DNA from: an uncultured Candidatus Rokubacteria bacterium
GTDB lineage: Bacteria > Methylomirabilota > Methylomirabilia > Rokubacteriales > CSP1-6
Direction of reading: 5' to 3'
Length of the DNA: 64,000 nt
Assembly: GCA_963762145.1 (NCBI GenBank)
Contig: CAVXJS010000014.1
Coordinates: 32,001 to 96,000 of the forward strand
A program made the position numbers and the translations under genes. Below, in pieces: positions 28,106 to 38,457 of the stretch. Each line of letters begins with the position of its first letter. Position 1 is the first letter of the stretch. Under the pieces are notes generated by a model that ran no database searches, was not told where the DNA came from, and worked only from the letters and a program-made list of their open reading frames with translations.

Positions 28106-29269
28106 GTGGGCGTGGACTTCAAGCTGACGCCGGCACACGAGGCATTTCGCGAGGAGATCCGGGGATTTCTGCGCTCGGAGCTGTCCGCCGAGCGCCGGAG
28201 CGTCCGCGAGGACGGCTGGGTCGTCGGATTCTCGCGCGCCTTCTCGGAGAAGCTCGGCCGGCGCGGGTGGCTCGGCCTGACCTGGCCGCGGGAGTATGGC
28301 GGCCAGGCGCGCTCGGTCCTCGAGCGCCTGATCCTCACCGAGGAGCTGCTGCGCGCGGGGGCCCCGGTCGCGGCGCACTGGCTCGGCGATCGCCAGGTGG
28401 GCCCGTCCATCCTGCGCTTCGGCACCGCCGAGCAGCGCCGCGAGATCCTGCCCCGCATCACGTCGGGGGCCATCGTCTTCTGCGTGGGCCTGAGCGAGCC
28501 GAATGCCGGCTCCGACGCGGCGGCGGTCACCACCCAGGCGGTCGAGGACGGCGACGGCTTCATCATCCGGGGCCAGAAGATCTGGACCAGCTTCGCCCAC
28601 CAGGCCGACTACTGCTACCTGGTGGCGCGCACCGACGCGAGCGGACCCAAGCACAAGGGGATCAGCGAGTTCATCGTGCCGATGGCGACGCCCGGGATCA
28701 CGGTGCGCCCGTTGCTGGACATGACCGGCGAGCACCACTTCAACGAGGTCTTCTTCGAGGACGTGCGCGTACCGCGCGCCGCGCTGATCGGGCAGAAGGA
28801 TCGCGGCTGGTACCAGATCGCGGTCCAGCTCGACTTCGAGCGCGGCGGCATCGAGCGGGTGCTGAGCAACTGGCCGCTGCTGGAGGACGCGCTGGCGGCC
28901 CTGCGCGGGAGCGCGGCCCTCCGCGATCCGGTGACGCGCGACCGGCTGGCCGGGCTGCGCGTGGATCTCGAGATCGCCCGCCTGATGGTCTACCGCATCG
29001 CGTGGCTCGCCGATCACGGGCGGGTGCCCAACGTGGAGGCGGCGGTGGCCAAGTCGTTCGGGACCGAGCTCGAGCAGCGCATCGCGGAGACGGTGGGTGG
29101 GCTCTTCCAGATGTCCGCGCTGGGGATGGCCGGGACCGCGCGCGCCGCGCTCGGGGGCCGCGTCGCGCGCGCCCTGCTCTACGCGCCCGCGTACACGATC
29201 CAGGGCGGCACGAGCAACATCCTGAGAAACATCATCGCGCACCGCGGGCTCGGCTTGCCCGCGGACTGA
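28106..29269 (+). CDS. Acyl-CoA dehydrogenase family protein
   Basis: WPREYGG, LSEPNAGSD, GQKIWTS, FNEVFF, TIQGGTSNI. Confidence 0.92.
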   Translation: MGVDFKLTPAHEAFREEIRGFLRSELSAERRSVREDGWVVGFSRAFSEKLGRRGWLGLTWPREYGGQARSVLERLILTEELLRAGAPVAAHWLGDRQVGPSILRFGTAEQRREILPRITSGAIVFCVGLSEPNAGSDAAAVTTQAVEDGDGFIIRGQKIWTSFAHQADYCYLVARTDASGPKHKGISEFIVPMATPGITVRPLLDMTGEHHFNEVFFEDVRVPRAALIGQKDRGWYQIAVQLDFERGGIERVLSNWPLLEDALAALRGSAALRDPVTRDRLAGLRVDLEIARLMVYRIAWLADHGRVPNVEAAVAKSFGTELEQRIAETVGGLFQMSALGMAGTARAALGGRVARALLYAPAYTIQGGTSNILRNIIAHRGLGLPAD

Positions 29270-29278
29270 GAGGGTGGC

Positions 29279-29701
29279 ATGGCTCGCGTGATCGTCAGAG
29301 GCGGCGCGACCGGGTTCGCGCAGGAGATCGAGGCGGGGCGGCACCGGCTGACCGCGGACGAGCCGGTCGAGGCGGGCGGGACGGACGCGGGACCGTCGCC
29401 CTACGAGCTGCTACTGGCCGCGCTCGGCGCGTGCACGTCGATGACGATCTCGATGTACGCGCGGCGCAAGCGGTGGCCGCTCGAGGCCGTCACGGTGCGG
29501 CTGCAGCACGCGCGGATCCACGCCCAGGACTGCGCGGAGTGCGAGACGAAGGAGGGCATGCTCGATCGCATCGAGCGGGAGATCAGCCTGACCGGTGCGC
29601 TCGACGCGGCGCAGCGCGAGCGGCTCCTCGAGATCGCCAATCGCTGCCCGGTGCACCGGACCCTGGTCTCCGAGATCGACATCCGCACCCGGCTGGTCTG
29701 A
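29279..29701 (+). CDS. OsmC family protein
   Basis: [36 protein letters not shown]. Confidence 0.9.
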   Translation: MARVIVRGGATGFAQEIEAGRHRLTADEPVEAGGTDAGPSPYELLLAALGACTSMTISMYARRKRWPLEAVTVRLQHARIHAQDCAECETKEGMLDRIEREISLTGALDAAQRERLLEIANRCPVHRTLVSEIDIRTRLV

Positions 29702-29706
29702 GGCGG

Positions 29707-30906
29707 GTGCCGCCCGCGGCCCGCGCCTTTTCCTGGTACCTGGCCGGGACCGGCTCGTGGTTCGCGAGCTCCGGAATGCAGACCATCGTGTTCCCCTGGC
29801 TGGTCACGGTGGTGCTGCACGAGCCGGCGGCGCGGGTCGGGATCGCCCAGACGGCGCTCATGGCGCCGTCGATCTTCCTGATGCTGCTCGGCGGCGCCGT
29901 CGCGGACCGCGCGGATTGCCGCCGGCTGCTCCTGCGCGGGCATCTGGTGGCGGCCGTGCCGCCGCTCGTGCTGGGCGCGGCCATCGCGAGCGGCCGGCTG
30001 GCCTACGGCGGCCTGATCGCGTACGCGCTCGCGGTGGGCGCCGCGGGAGCGTTCGTCATGCCGGCCCGCGACGCGATGCTCACGCGCGTGGCGGGAGGCG
30101 GGCTGGGGCGCGCGGTGGCGGTGATGACCGCCGTCCAGTTCGGGGCGCAGCTCGTGGGGATCGCGCTCGGCGGCAGCGCCGGGGCGATCGGCGCGCCCGC
30201 GCTGCTGCTGCTGCAGGCGGCCGTGCTGGCGTTCGGCGGCCTCGCGGCCCGGCGCCTGCCCTCTGCGCCTCCGATGGCCGGCGCCTCGGATCGGAGCCGG
30301 CTCGGCGCCATGCGCGACGGGCTGCGCGCCGCCGCCGAGTCGCCGATCCTGGTCCCGGTGCTGGTCGCGAACCTGGCGGTGGGCGTGCTCTACGTGGGCG
30401 CCTTCCTCGTGATCCTCCCGCTCATCGTGCGGGACGCGTACGGCGGGGGCTCGGGGCAGCTCTCGCTCGTGAGCCTGGGCTTCTGGGGCGGCACGATCGG
30501 GTCCACGCTCGTGCAGATCCGCCTGGGAGCCCTGCGGCGCCCGGGGCGAGCGATCGTGATGGCGCTCTTCGTCGGGGCCGCGGTCCTCGCCGCCATGGCC
30601 TGGCCCGGGCCCTTCCCGGCCTTCGTGGCGCTCTGTCTCGTCTGGGGCCTGGGGGCAGGCGTGGTCATGACCCAGGCCCGGACGCTGGTGCAGGCGGCGG
30701 CGCCGGAGACGCATCGGGCCCGGATCCTCTCGCTCTTCCAGCTCGGCCTGATGGGCGGGGCGCCGGTCGGCGCCCTGCTGATCGGCTACCTGGCGGCGGT
30801 CACCGGGCCGCGCGGAGCGGTGGTCTATCCCGCCACGTGCATGTTGCTGGTACTGGCCGGGCTGCTGCTGCGCTCGCGCCTCTGGCAACAGGGCGCGGCG
30901 CGATGA
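29707..30906 (+). CDS. MFS transporter
   Basis: About 12 hydrophobic segments; [11 protein letters not shown] motif A. Confidence 0.85.
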   Translation: MPPAARAFSWYLAGTGSWFASSGMQTIVFPWLVTVVLHEPAARVGIAQTALMAPSIFLMLLGGAVADRADCRRLLLRGHLVAAVPPLVLGAAIASGRLAYGGLIAYALAVGAAGAFVMPARDAMLTRVAGGGLGRAVAVMTAVQFGAQLVGIALGGSAGAIGAPALLLLQAAVLAFGGLAARRLPSAPPMAGASDRSRLGAMRDGLRAAAESPILVPVLVANLAVGVLYVGAFLVILPLIVRDAYGGGSGQLSLVSLGFWGGTIGSTLVQIRLGALRRPGRAIVMALFVGAAVLAAMAWPGPFPAFVALCLVWGLGAGVVMTQARTLVQAAAPETHRARILSLFQLGLMGGAPVGALLIGYLAAVTGPRGAVVYPATCMLLVLAGLLLRSRLWQQGAAR

Positions 30907-30913
30907 GACGGGG

Positions 30914-31627
30914 TCAGCGCATCTCGTGGAGGAACGGCGATACCTTGATCTCGGCGCCGAGCAGCTCGCCGACCGCGGCCGGCTGCGCCTGCTCCGTGCC
31001 GACCCGTGACTGGATCCGGACCACGAGGTCGCGGTACGAGGAGGCCTTGATGACCCGGCCGAACTGGGCCCGGTAGTTCGTGATCAGGCTGACCCCGTCG
31101 ATCGTGATGTCCCGCACCAGCCAGCGATTGCCCTGGTAGACCATCCAGTGGTCGAGGTGGATCTGCCGGCCGCCTCGGCCCAGGATGACGGTGCGCACCC
31201 CGGCCCGGTCCCGCTCCACCGTCTCGCCCAGGTAGGAGACGCGAATCCCGTCGCCGTCGATCTCCGCCGCCGCCGCGAGCCAGTAGACGAAGCTGCGCTG
31301 GACGAAGCCCGAGAAGATCGACGTGAACTCACGCTGCTCGACGGGGGTGCGCGCCTTCCACTCAGGCCCCAGCACATCCTCCGAGGCCCCGCGGAAGTCG
31401 AAGACCTTGCTGAACAGGGTGCGGATCGCGACGATGCGCTCGAGGGGCCGATCGTCCAGCGTGGGGTCGGCGATGATCTTGTTGGCCTGGGCGAACGTGG
31501 TCTGCAGCGTGGTGGTAGGCGCGCCGTCCCCGGCTGCGACGTCGGTGACCAGGATCGTGCTGAGCGCGACGAGAGCAAGGACTGCATGGAGCGCCATGGC
31601 CCCAGGAGAGTGCATCGCCTGTGCCAC
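30914..31627 (-). CDS. MlaC/Ttg2D-family substrate-binding protein
   Basis: FDFRGASEDVLGPEW, WLVRDITIDGVSLITNYRAQF; start uncertain. Confidence 0.8.
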   Translation of the reverse strand: MAQAMHSPGAMALHAVLALVALSTILVTDVAAGDGAPTTTLQTTFAQANKIIADPTLDDRPLERIVAIRTLFSKVFDFRGASEDVLGPEWKARTPVEQREFTSIFSGFVQRSFVYWLAAAAEIDGDGIRVSYLGETVERDRAGVRTVILGRGGRQIHLDHWMVYQGNRWLVRDITIDGVSLITNYRAQFGRVIKASSYRDLVVRIQSRVGTEQAQPAAVGELLGAEIKVSPFLHEMR

Positions 31628-31730
31628 CGGACGCGCCCCGAAGCCGCTCCAAAAGCGAGGGATTGAAGGCGGGATTGCCTACTTCGAACGGGCTGGCGGC
31701 CGTCCCAGATGGACGACGACCGTCAGAGTG

Positions 31731-32651
31731 TCAGCCGCCCTTCAGTCGAGGATCGAGCAGGTCGCGCAGCGCGTCGCCCAGCATGTTGAAGCCGAACACC
31801 GCGAGTGACAGGGCCACCGCCGGCCAGATCGCGAGCCAGGGCGCGCGGTACATGTGGTCGAGGCCCGCCAGCGAGAGCATGCCGCCCCAGGTCGGATAGG
31901 GTGGCGGCACGCCGAGGCCGAGGAACGAGAGGCTCGCCTCGGTCAGGATGACCGTCGAGAGCCCGGTGGTGGCGACCACGATGATCGTCGGCATGACGTT
32001 CGGCAGGATGTGGGTCAGCGTCGTGCGCACGTGGCCCGCCCCCAGGGCGCGCGCGCTCTCCACGAAGGTGTGCTCCTTGACCAGCAGGGCCACTCCGCGA
32101 ACCACGCGCGAGTTCTGGATGCCGAAGGCCACGCCGAGGACGATCGTGATGTTCCAGACGCTGGGGCCGAGCAGCGACATGATGGACAGCAGGAGCAGGA
32201 GCGGCGGGAACGCCATCCAGGCGTCCACTCCGCGCTGCACGAGCAGATCGAAGCGACCGCCCAGGTAGCCCGAGACGACGCCGATCATCGTGGCGAGCAC
32301 GCTCCCGATGGCGATGGCCCCGAAGCCCACGTAGAGCGAGATGCGCGCTCCGTAGATGAGCCGCGTCAGGAGGTCGCGGCCGAGCTCGTCGGTGCCGAGC
32401 CAGTGCCCCGCGCTCATCGAGATGAAGCGCTCCCGGAGGCTCGTCTGCGCGTAGCCGTAGGGCGCGATCCAGTCGGCCAGCAGCGCCGCCGCCAGCATCG
32501 CCAGCACGATGAGACCGCCGATCATCCCGAGCGGCTTGCCCACCATCCGCACCCACACGTCGACCCACCACGGCCGCGCGCGCGGGACGCGCCGGGCCGG
32601 GAGGGCCACCGCGCCGGCGCTAGTATCTAATCCGTGGATCGAGGAAGGCAT
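31731..32651 (-). CDS. Peptide/nickel ABC transporter permease (DppC/OppC-like)
   Basis: HWLGTDELGRD, FVESARALGA, EASLSFLGLG, FNMLGDALRD; start uncertain. Confidence 0.9.
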   Translation of the reverse strand: MPSSIHGLDTSAGAVALPARRVPRARPWWVDVWVRMVGKPLGMIGGLIVLAMLAAALLADWIAPYGYAQTSLRERFISMSAGHWLGTDELGRDLLTRLIYGARISLYVGFGAIAIGSVLATMIGVVSGYLGGRFDLLVQRGVDAWMAFPPLLLLLSIMSLLGPSVWNITIVLGVAFGIQNSRVVRGVALLVKEHTFVESARALGAGHVRTTLTHILPNVMPTIIVVATTGLSTVILTEASLSFLGLGVPPPYPTWGGMLSLAGLDHMYRAPWLAIWPAVALSLAVFGFNMLGDALRDLLDPRLKGG

Positions 32652-33564
32652 AGGAGAGGTCGATCAGGAGGTTGAGGCCCACCACGAGCGCCGCGATGAT
32701 CAGATTCACCGACTGGACCACCGGATAGTCCAGGCGGGTCAGGGCCTCGAAGAAGAAGAGCCCGACCCCGGGCAGCCGGAAGATGGACTCGATGATGACC
32801 GAGCCGCCGATGTAGAGCGGCATCTGCAGCCCGATCAGGCTGATGACCGGGATCAGCGCGTTCTTGAGCGCGTGGCGCAGGATGATGGGCCGCTCCGCCA
32901 GGCCCTTGGACCAGGCGGTGCGGATGTAGTCCTGGCGCAGCACGTCGAGCAGCGCCGAGCGCATGATGCGCATGACCGGGCCGGCCCGCGTCACCCCGAA
33001 CACGAAGGCGGGCACGAACATGATCTTGAGGTTCTCCAGCGGATCGGTGGTGAAGGGGACGTAGCTCCAGACCGGCGTCCACTTGAACCAGATGGAGGGC
33101 AGCACCACCACCAGCACCGCGAGCCCGAAGTACGGCACGGACAGGGCCAGGATGGCCAGGATCCGGCCCACGTAGTCGGAGATCGAATCCTGGCGCACCG
33201 CGGAGACGATGCCCACCAGGACCCCGAGCACGACCGAGACGACGATGGTGAGGAACGCCAGCTCGAGCGTCACCGGGAACCGGCGCATGAACTCGTCGAG
33301 GATGGGCTGGCGGGTCCAGTAGGAGCGGCCGAAGTCCCCCCGCGTGACGATGCCACCGATCCACTCGAGGTACTGGGTGTGCACCGGCCGATCGAGGCCC
33401 AGGTCGTGGCGCAGGGCGGCGAGGGTCGGCGCGTAGGCGTGACCCTCCACCATGCGGGTGGCCACGTCGCCCGGCATGAGGCGCATGAGGGCGAAGACCA
33501 GGACGCTCACCAGGAAGAGCGTCGGGATCGCCAGGGCCAGGCGGCGGAGCAGGTACCGCTTCAC
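32620..33564 (-). CDS. Peptide/nickel ABC transporter permease (DppB/OppB-like)
   Basis: MPGD, GDFGRSY, QDYIRTAWSKGL, HALKNA, DPRIRY. Confidence 0.92.
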   Translation of the reverse strand: MKRYLLRRLALAIPTLFLVSVLVFALMRLMPGDVATRMVEGHAYAPTLAALRHDLGLDRPVHTQYLEWIGGIVTRGDFGRSYWTRQPILDEFMRRFPVTLELAFLTIVVSVVLGVLVGIVSAVRQDSISDYVGRILAILALSVPYFGLAVLVVVLPSIWFKWTPVWSYVPFTTDPLENLKIMFVPAFVFGVTRAGPVMRIMRSALLDVLRQDYIRTAWSKGLAERPIILRHALKNALIPVISLIGLQMPLYIGGSVIIESIFRLPGVGLFFFEALTRLDYPVVQSVNLIIAALVVGLNLLIDLSYAFLDPRIRY

Positions 33565-33595
33565 GGCGTGGGCCGCGGCTCGGGCTAGGTCCCGC

Positions 33596-35206
33596 CTATT
33601 TGTCGAGCCACGTGTACACCAGGCGCATGCCGAGCCCGTAGCCGTCGTGGTGCCGGAAGCCCTTCACGTAGGGCGGGTGCGCCACGTACTGCGGCCACTG
33701 CGGCACGTAGACGTAGTACGCCTTGTCGGCCAGGTAGCGCTGGATGTCGTCCACGATCTGCTTGCGTTTCTTCGGATCCATCTCCCGGCGCTGGGCGACC
33801 AGCATCTTGGTCAGCTCCGCGTCGGCCACCCGGCTCTGATTCGTCGCCAGCTCGGGATAGAAGCGGCCGAAGAGGAAGTCGTCCACCTCGGTGAACGGGG
33901 TCGACGGGCCCATCGCCGCCTTGTCGTACTTGCCGAGCGCGGTGGTCGAGATGTACTTGCCGTACTCCTCCGGCTTCAGCTCGACCTTGATCCCGATCTT
34001 GCCCAGATCCTCCGCGGCCAGCTCGTAGTAGCTGCGCCAGGGCACCACATAGCCCGGCCAGTGATAGATCGGCATCGTGAAGCCGTTCGGAAAGCCGGCC
34101 TCGGCGAGCAGCTTCTTGGCCTCCGCCGGGTCGTGACCGATCACGTACTTGGCCTTCGCGGGCTCGATCTTGGCCGCGTCGAGCTTCCAGTCGGTCAGCG
34201 CGCAGGGCACCGGCCCCGCATCCACGCAGCCCTCGCCGAAGAGGAGCGCGTCGTTCCAGCCCTTGCGGTCGATCGCGAGCGAGACCGCGCGGCGCACCCG
34301 CACGTCGTTGAACGGCGGCTGGTCGGTGCGCATGTAGATGAAGCCCTGGCCGATGACGCGATACGGGGTCACGCTCATGTCCGGCGTGGTCTGCTTGAGC
34401 GACCGGGCCTCCTCCGGGCTGATCCAGCCCCAGACGTGGGGCAGCTCGGCCTTGCCCGCCCGCAGCACGGACAGGCGCGCGGCCGCGTCGGGCGTGATCT
34501 CGATGGTCGCTCCGTCGAGATAGGGGAAGCCCTTCATGAAGTAGTCGGGATTGCGCTCGAAGACCATCTTGACGCCCTTGTCGTACGACTTGAGCACGAA
34601 GGGGCCGGTGCCGATCACCGCGTCGGGATGGTTGAAGTCCTTGAACTTGTCCTCCGCCTCGCGAGCCAGGATGGCGCAGAAGCTCGGGCTCGCGAGGTGA
34701 TTGAGGAACGGCGCGTACGCTTCCTTCAGCGTGATGCGCACGGTGTGGCGATCCACCACGTCGATCGCCTGCACCGGCTCGAAGCGCTCGCGGAAGCCCG
34801 ACTTGGCCATGAAGCGCTCGAGCGAGTACTTGACGTCCTCGGCGGTGACCTCGCGTCCGTTCACCGGCGGCTTGTTGTGGAAGCGCACGCCCTTCCGGAG
34901 AGTGAACGTGTAGACCTTGCCGTCCTTGGAGATCACCCACTTCTCGGCCAGGTCGGGCAGGATCGAGAAGTCGGTGGGCGACTTCTGCTCCGGCCCGTTG
35001 GGAAACCGGACCAGCTGGCTGTAGGCCAGGCTGACGTAGGAGTGCGTGAGGAAGCTGATCGTGAGGTGCGGGTCCAGCCCGGGCGCCTCCCGCTCGGCGA
35101 TCCGGATCACCCCGCCCCGCTTGGGGGTCTGGGCCGGCGCCGGATCCGCGACGAGGAGCACGGCAAGGAAGGCCAGGAGGACAGAGAGAGCGCTGCGCTG
35201 CGCCAT
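33596..35206 (-). CDS. ABC substrate-binding protein, family 5
   Basis: Signal peptide, [28 protein letters not shown]. Confidence 0.9.
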   Translation of the reverse strand: MAQRSALSVLLAFLAVLLVADPAPAQTPKRGGVIRIAEREAPGLDPHLTISFLTHSYVSLAYSQLVRFPNGPEQKSPTDFSILPDLAEKWVISKDGKVYTFTLRKGVRFHNKPPVNGREVTAEDVKYSLERFMAKSGFRERFEPVQAIDVVDRHTVRITLKEAYAPFLNHLASPSFCAILAREAEDKFKDFNHPDAVIGTGPFVLKSYDKGVKMVFERNPDYFMKGFPYLDGATIEITPDAAARLSVLRAGKAELPHVWGWISPEEARSLKQTTPDMSVTPYRVIGQGFIYMRTDQPPFNDVRVRRAVSLAIDRKGWNDALLFGEGCVDAGPVPCALTDWKLDAAKIEPAKAKYVIGHDPAEAKKLLAEAGFPNGFTMPIYHWPGYVVPWRSYYELAAEDLGKIGIKVELKPEEYGKYISTTALGKYDKAAMGPSTPFTEVDDFLFGRFYPELATNQSRVADAELTKMLVAQRREMDPKKRKQIVDDIQRYLADKAYYVYVPQWPQYVAHPPYVKGFRHHDGYGLGMRLVYTWLDK

Positions 35207-35342
35207 GGGCCGATTCTCCTCTTCCCTGAAGGGGTCAGGTGTACGTCCGAAGAAGGAGCGAATGGGGCCGAAAGTTGGCCTATTTATCCCGAAGGCCGCG
35301 CGCTTGTCAATCCTCGCGTGTCGTGAGCAGTATGGGATCGTC

Positions 35343-35810
35343 ATGGACGCGACGATGTGGCGCCAGCTCGGCTTCGACGTTCCCGACACCCTGGAGTTCG
35401 CCCGCGTCACGATCAAGCTCGTCGTGGCCGCGGTGCTGGGCGGCGCCATGGGCTGGGAGCGGGAGCTCAAGGGCAAGGCGGCCGGGCTCCGCACCCACAT
35501 GCTGGTCGCGGTCGGGGCGGCGCTGTTCGTGATGGCGCCGCTCGAGGCGGGCGTGCCGCTGGGCGACCTCACCCGGGTGATCCAGGGCGTGGCCGCGGGC
35601 ATCGGCTTCGTCGGCGCGGGCGCCATCCTCAAGATGAGCGATCAGGGGCGCGTGGTGGGACTCACCACGGCCGCCGGCATCTGGATGACCGCGGCCATCG
35701 GGGTGGCGGTCGGGACCGGTCGGGTCTGGCTGCCCGTCCTCGGGGTGACGATCGCGGTGCTGATCATGGCCCTGCTCGGCTACTACCGGATCCCCGGCAG
35801 CCGGGATTAG
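35343..35810 (+). CDS. MgtC/SapB family membrane protein
   Basis: [33 protein letters not shown]. Confidence 0.9.
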   Translation: MDATMWRQLGFDVPDTLEFARVTIKLVVAAVLGGAMGWERELKGKAAGLRTHMLVAVGAALFVMAPLEAGVPLGDLTRVIQGVAAGIGFVGAGAILKMSDQGRVVGLTTAAGIWMTAAIGVAVGTGRVWLPVLGVTIAVLIMALLGYYRIPGSRD

Positions 35811-35826
35811 CTCCGCGCGCCGCGCG

Positions 35827-36717
35827 TCAGGCCGGCGGCCAGGCGATCTTCATCGTGTCGAGCCGACGCAGCCGGTCCTGGCCGAGCGTGCGGTCCCACG
35901 TCTCCGCGAGCTGCTCCGCGGTCCATCGCCCCGGCGTGCTCGCGGTGCGGATCGGCGCCGGGTGGGAGAACACGCTGACCTCGCTGCCGCGCACTCCGAT
36001 CACCTGGCCGGTGATGTGCGGGCCCGGTCGCTCGCGAGGAAGGTCGCGACCGGGGCGATGGCCTCGGGGGGCGTGGCGGTGGCGGCGCCGCGGCGCTCGC
36101 CGGGCAGCCGCTGGGTCATGCGCGTGTCCGCGGTGGGCGAGATCGCGTTGCAGCGCACGCCGTACTTCGCCATCGCGAGCGCGGTGGAGCGGGTGAGCCC
36201 CACGATGCCTTCCTTGGCCGCCGAGTAGTTGGGCTGGCCGGGACTGCCCTCGAGACCCGCGGTGGACGTGAAGGTGATGATGCTGCCGGTCTTGCGCTCG
36301 CGCATGTGGCGGGTGGCCGGCTGCATGACCGTGAAGTGGCCCTTCAGATGGACGGCGATCACCGCGTCCCACTCCTCCTCGGTCATGTTGAAGATCATGC
36401 GCTCGCGCAGGATGCCCGCGCAGCAGACCAGCACGTGGAGATCGCCGAATTCCTTGAGCGCGAGGTCCACGACCGCGCGGCCGCCCGCCATGGTGGCCAC
36501 GCTGTCGGCGGCGGGCGACCGCGCGGCCGCCCGCCTTGCGGATCTCGGCCACCACCGCGTTCGCGGGCTCGCTGGACGGATCCATCCCGTCCACGCTGAC
36601 CCCGTAGTCGTTCACGACCACCGCGGCGCCCGCCGCCGCCAGGCCGATCGAGACCGCGCGTCCGATGCCGGTGCCGCCGCCCGTCACCACCGCCACCTTG
36701 CCGTCGAGCAGTGCCAT
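35827..36717 (-). CDS. Short-chain dehydrogenase/reductase (two apparent frameshifts near 36510 and 36020)
   Basis: VTGGGTGIG, VVVNDYG; CAGILRERMIFNM, GQPNYSAAK; ITGQVIGVRG. Confidence 0.8.
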   Translation of the reverse strand: MALLDGKVAVVTGGGTGIGRAVSIGLAAAGAAVVVNDYGVSVDGMDPSSEPANAVVAEIRKAGGRAVARRRQRGHHGGRPRGRGPRAQGIRRSPRAGLLRGHPARAHDLQHDRGGVGRGDRRPSEGPLHGHAAGHPPHARAQDRQHHHLHVHRGSRGQSRPAQLLGGQGRHRGAHPLHRARDGEVRRALQRDLAHRGHAHDPAAARRAPRRRHRHAPRGHRPGRDLPRERPGPHITGQVIGVRGSEVSVFSHPAPIRTASTPGRWTAEQLAETWDRTLGQDRLRRLDTMKIAWPPA

Positions 36718-36850
36718 TGCGTGCCTCCTTGCGCTGCGGTTGCGTCTCTCCTCGTGCTGCCGTATCGTCGGCGCGTTCACGTCGACCGCCGCCGATCCTG
36801 CGCGACGCCGACCGGGCAGTCAAGGGCGCATCCAGCGAGGAGAGCGAGCC

Positions 36851-37525
36851 ATGGCCAAGACGCGCGGCACCGGGCTGCTGATGCTGTGGACGGACGTGGA
36901 CCCCAGCACGAGGCGGAGTTCAACCGCTGGTACGACGAGGAGCATCTCGACCGGCTGCTCAAGGTGCCCGGGCTTCCTCTCCGCCGCGCGGTACCAGGCC
37001 CTGCGGGGCGGGCCCAAGTACCTCGCGATGTACGAGCTCGAGGAGGCCGGCGTGCTTCGCACCGCCGCGTTCCTGGACGAGGTGCGCTTCCGACCCTCCG
37101 CCCGGCGCCAGCAGTCCTCCGGCGGGCACGTCGGGCGCAACTACCTGCTGAACGGCTACCGCCAGATCTTCCCGGCGCGCACCAACCCGGTGGAGCTGAC
37201 CATGGGGCCGTCGCCGTATCTGCAGATGGGCCGGATGGACATCCCGGCCCACATGGAGGAGGAGTGGAACGACTGGTACAACTGGGTCTACGTCCCGGAT
37301 TACCTCACGGTGCCCGGAGTGATCCGCGCCCGCCGCTTCATGGCGGTGGAGGGCCAGCCCAAGTACCTCACGGTCTACGAGTTCGAGCGGCCCGACGTGC
37401 CGGACGGCGAGGCGTGGAACCGCGTGCGCGACGCCAATCCGTGGACCCGGCGGGTCCGCCCCCACATACGGCTCGACGCGGGCTCGCCGGTCGTCTACAA
37501 GCGGATCAACCCGCGCCTGCCATGA
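36851..37525 (+). CDS. Tandem dimeric alpha/beta-barrel (EthD/DUF4286-like) protein (compensating frameshifts ~36905-36972)
   Basis: Two repeats: EAEFNRWYDEEH..LLKVPG..PKYLAMYEL and EEEWNDWY..LTVPG..PKYLTVYEF. Confidence 0.7.
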   Translation: MAKTRGTGLLMLWTDVDPSTRRSSTAGTTRSISTGCSRCPGFLSAARYQALRGGPKYLAMYELEEAGVLRTAAFLDEVRFRPSARRQQSSGGHVGRNYLLNGYRQIFPARTNPVELTMGPSPYLQMGRMDIPAHMEEEWNDWYNWVYVPDYLTVPGVIRARRFMAVEGQPKYLTVYEFERPDVPDGEAWNRVRDANPWTRRVRPHIRLDAGSPVVYKRINPRLP

Positions 37526-37851
37526 TCAAGCGGATCACGCTGCTCACCCGCAAGGCGGGCATGACGCGCGAGCAGTTCACGCGCCACTGGCTCGAGGTGC
37601 ACGCTCCGCTCGCGCACGCGGTGCCCGGGCTCAAGCGCTACGTGCAGTCGCACATCGTGGAGGAGTTCAAGCGCGCCGACATCCCGACCACGTCGGTCGA
37701 GGTGGACGGCTTCGCGGAGCTCTGGTTCGAGGACCGCGCCGCGATGGATCGCGCGCTGGCCTCGCCCGAGATGGCGGCGCTCCACGCGGACGGCGCGCTC
37801 TTCATCGGTGGCAACAAGACCTTCGTGGTGGAGGAGAAGGTGATCATCTAG
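37522..37851 (+). CDS. EthD family protein
   Basis: RKAGMTREQFTRHWLEVHAPL, YVQSH, DGFAELWF. Confidence 0.85.
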   Translation: MIKRITLLTRKAGMTREQFTRHWLEVHAPLAHAVPGLKRYVQSHIVEEFKRADIPTTSVEVDGFAELWFEDRAAMDRALASPEMAALHADGALFIGGNKTFVVEEKVII

Positions 37852-38457
37852 GTGGACGGGGCCCAGATCCACCTCGGGATCAAGCTCGCCTACACGCTCT
37901 TTCTCCTGATCCTGGTGCCGGTCTACTGGGCGCACTACGGCCCGCGCAACTTCCTCTGGTTCTCCGATATCGCGCTGCTGGGCATGGGCGCGGCGCTCTG
38001 GCTCGAGAGCGGGCTGCTCGCGAGCATGATGATGCTGGCGGTCCTGCTCCCCGAGCTCGTGTGGAACCTCGACTTCTTCGGCCGCCTCCTCACCGGGCAC
38101 CGGATGTTCGGCATGAGCGCCTACATGTTCGAGGGCACCCGGCCGCGCTTCCTCCGCGCGCTCTCCCTGTTCCACGTGCCGCTGCCGCTCGGGCTCGTAT
38201 GGCTGGTCGTCCGGCTCGGCTACGACCGTCGCGCCTGGCTCTACCAGAGCCTGTTCGCTCTCGTGGTGCTCCCGGTGAGCTACTGGCTCACCGATCCGAC
38301 GGAGAACGTGAACTGGGTGCACGGGCTCGGGACGCCCCAGACCGCGCTGGGCCCCTGGGCATACCTCGCCCTGCTCATCATCGCGTTCTCCCTCGTGCTC
38401 TACCTGCCCCCGCACCTCGCCTTCGTCTACTTGCCCTTGAGCGCGATGTCCTCGTAG
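37852..38457 (+). CDS. Hypothetical membrane protein
   Basis: YGPRNFLWFSDIAL, LSLFH, ENVNWV; multiple TM segments. Confidence 0.7.
   Translation: MDGAQIHLGIKLAYTLFLLILVPVYWAHYGPRNFLWFSDIALLGMGAALWLESGLLASMMMLAVLLPELVWNLDFFGRLLTGHRMFGMSAYMFEGTRPRFLRALSLFHVPLPLGLVWLVVRLGYDRRAWLYQSLFALVVLPVSYWLTDPTENVNWVHGLGTPQTALGPWAYLALLIIAFSLVLYLPPHLAFVYLPLSAMSS

Noticed and set aside
35827-37000. Multiple frameshifts in the SDR and the EthD/DUF4286-like gene, suggesting pseudogenes or recoding
   Set aside because: Single-base, partly compensating indels in otherwise intact genes; most likely sequencing errors.
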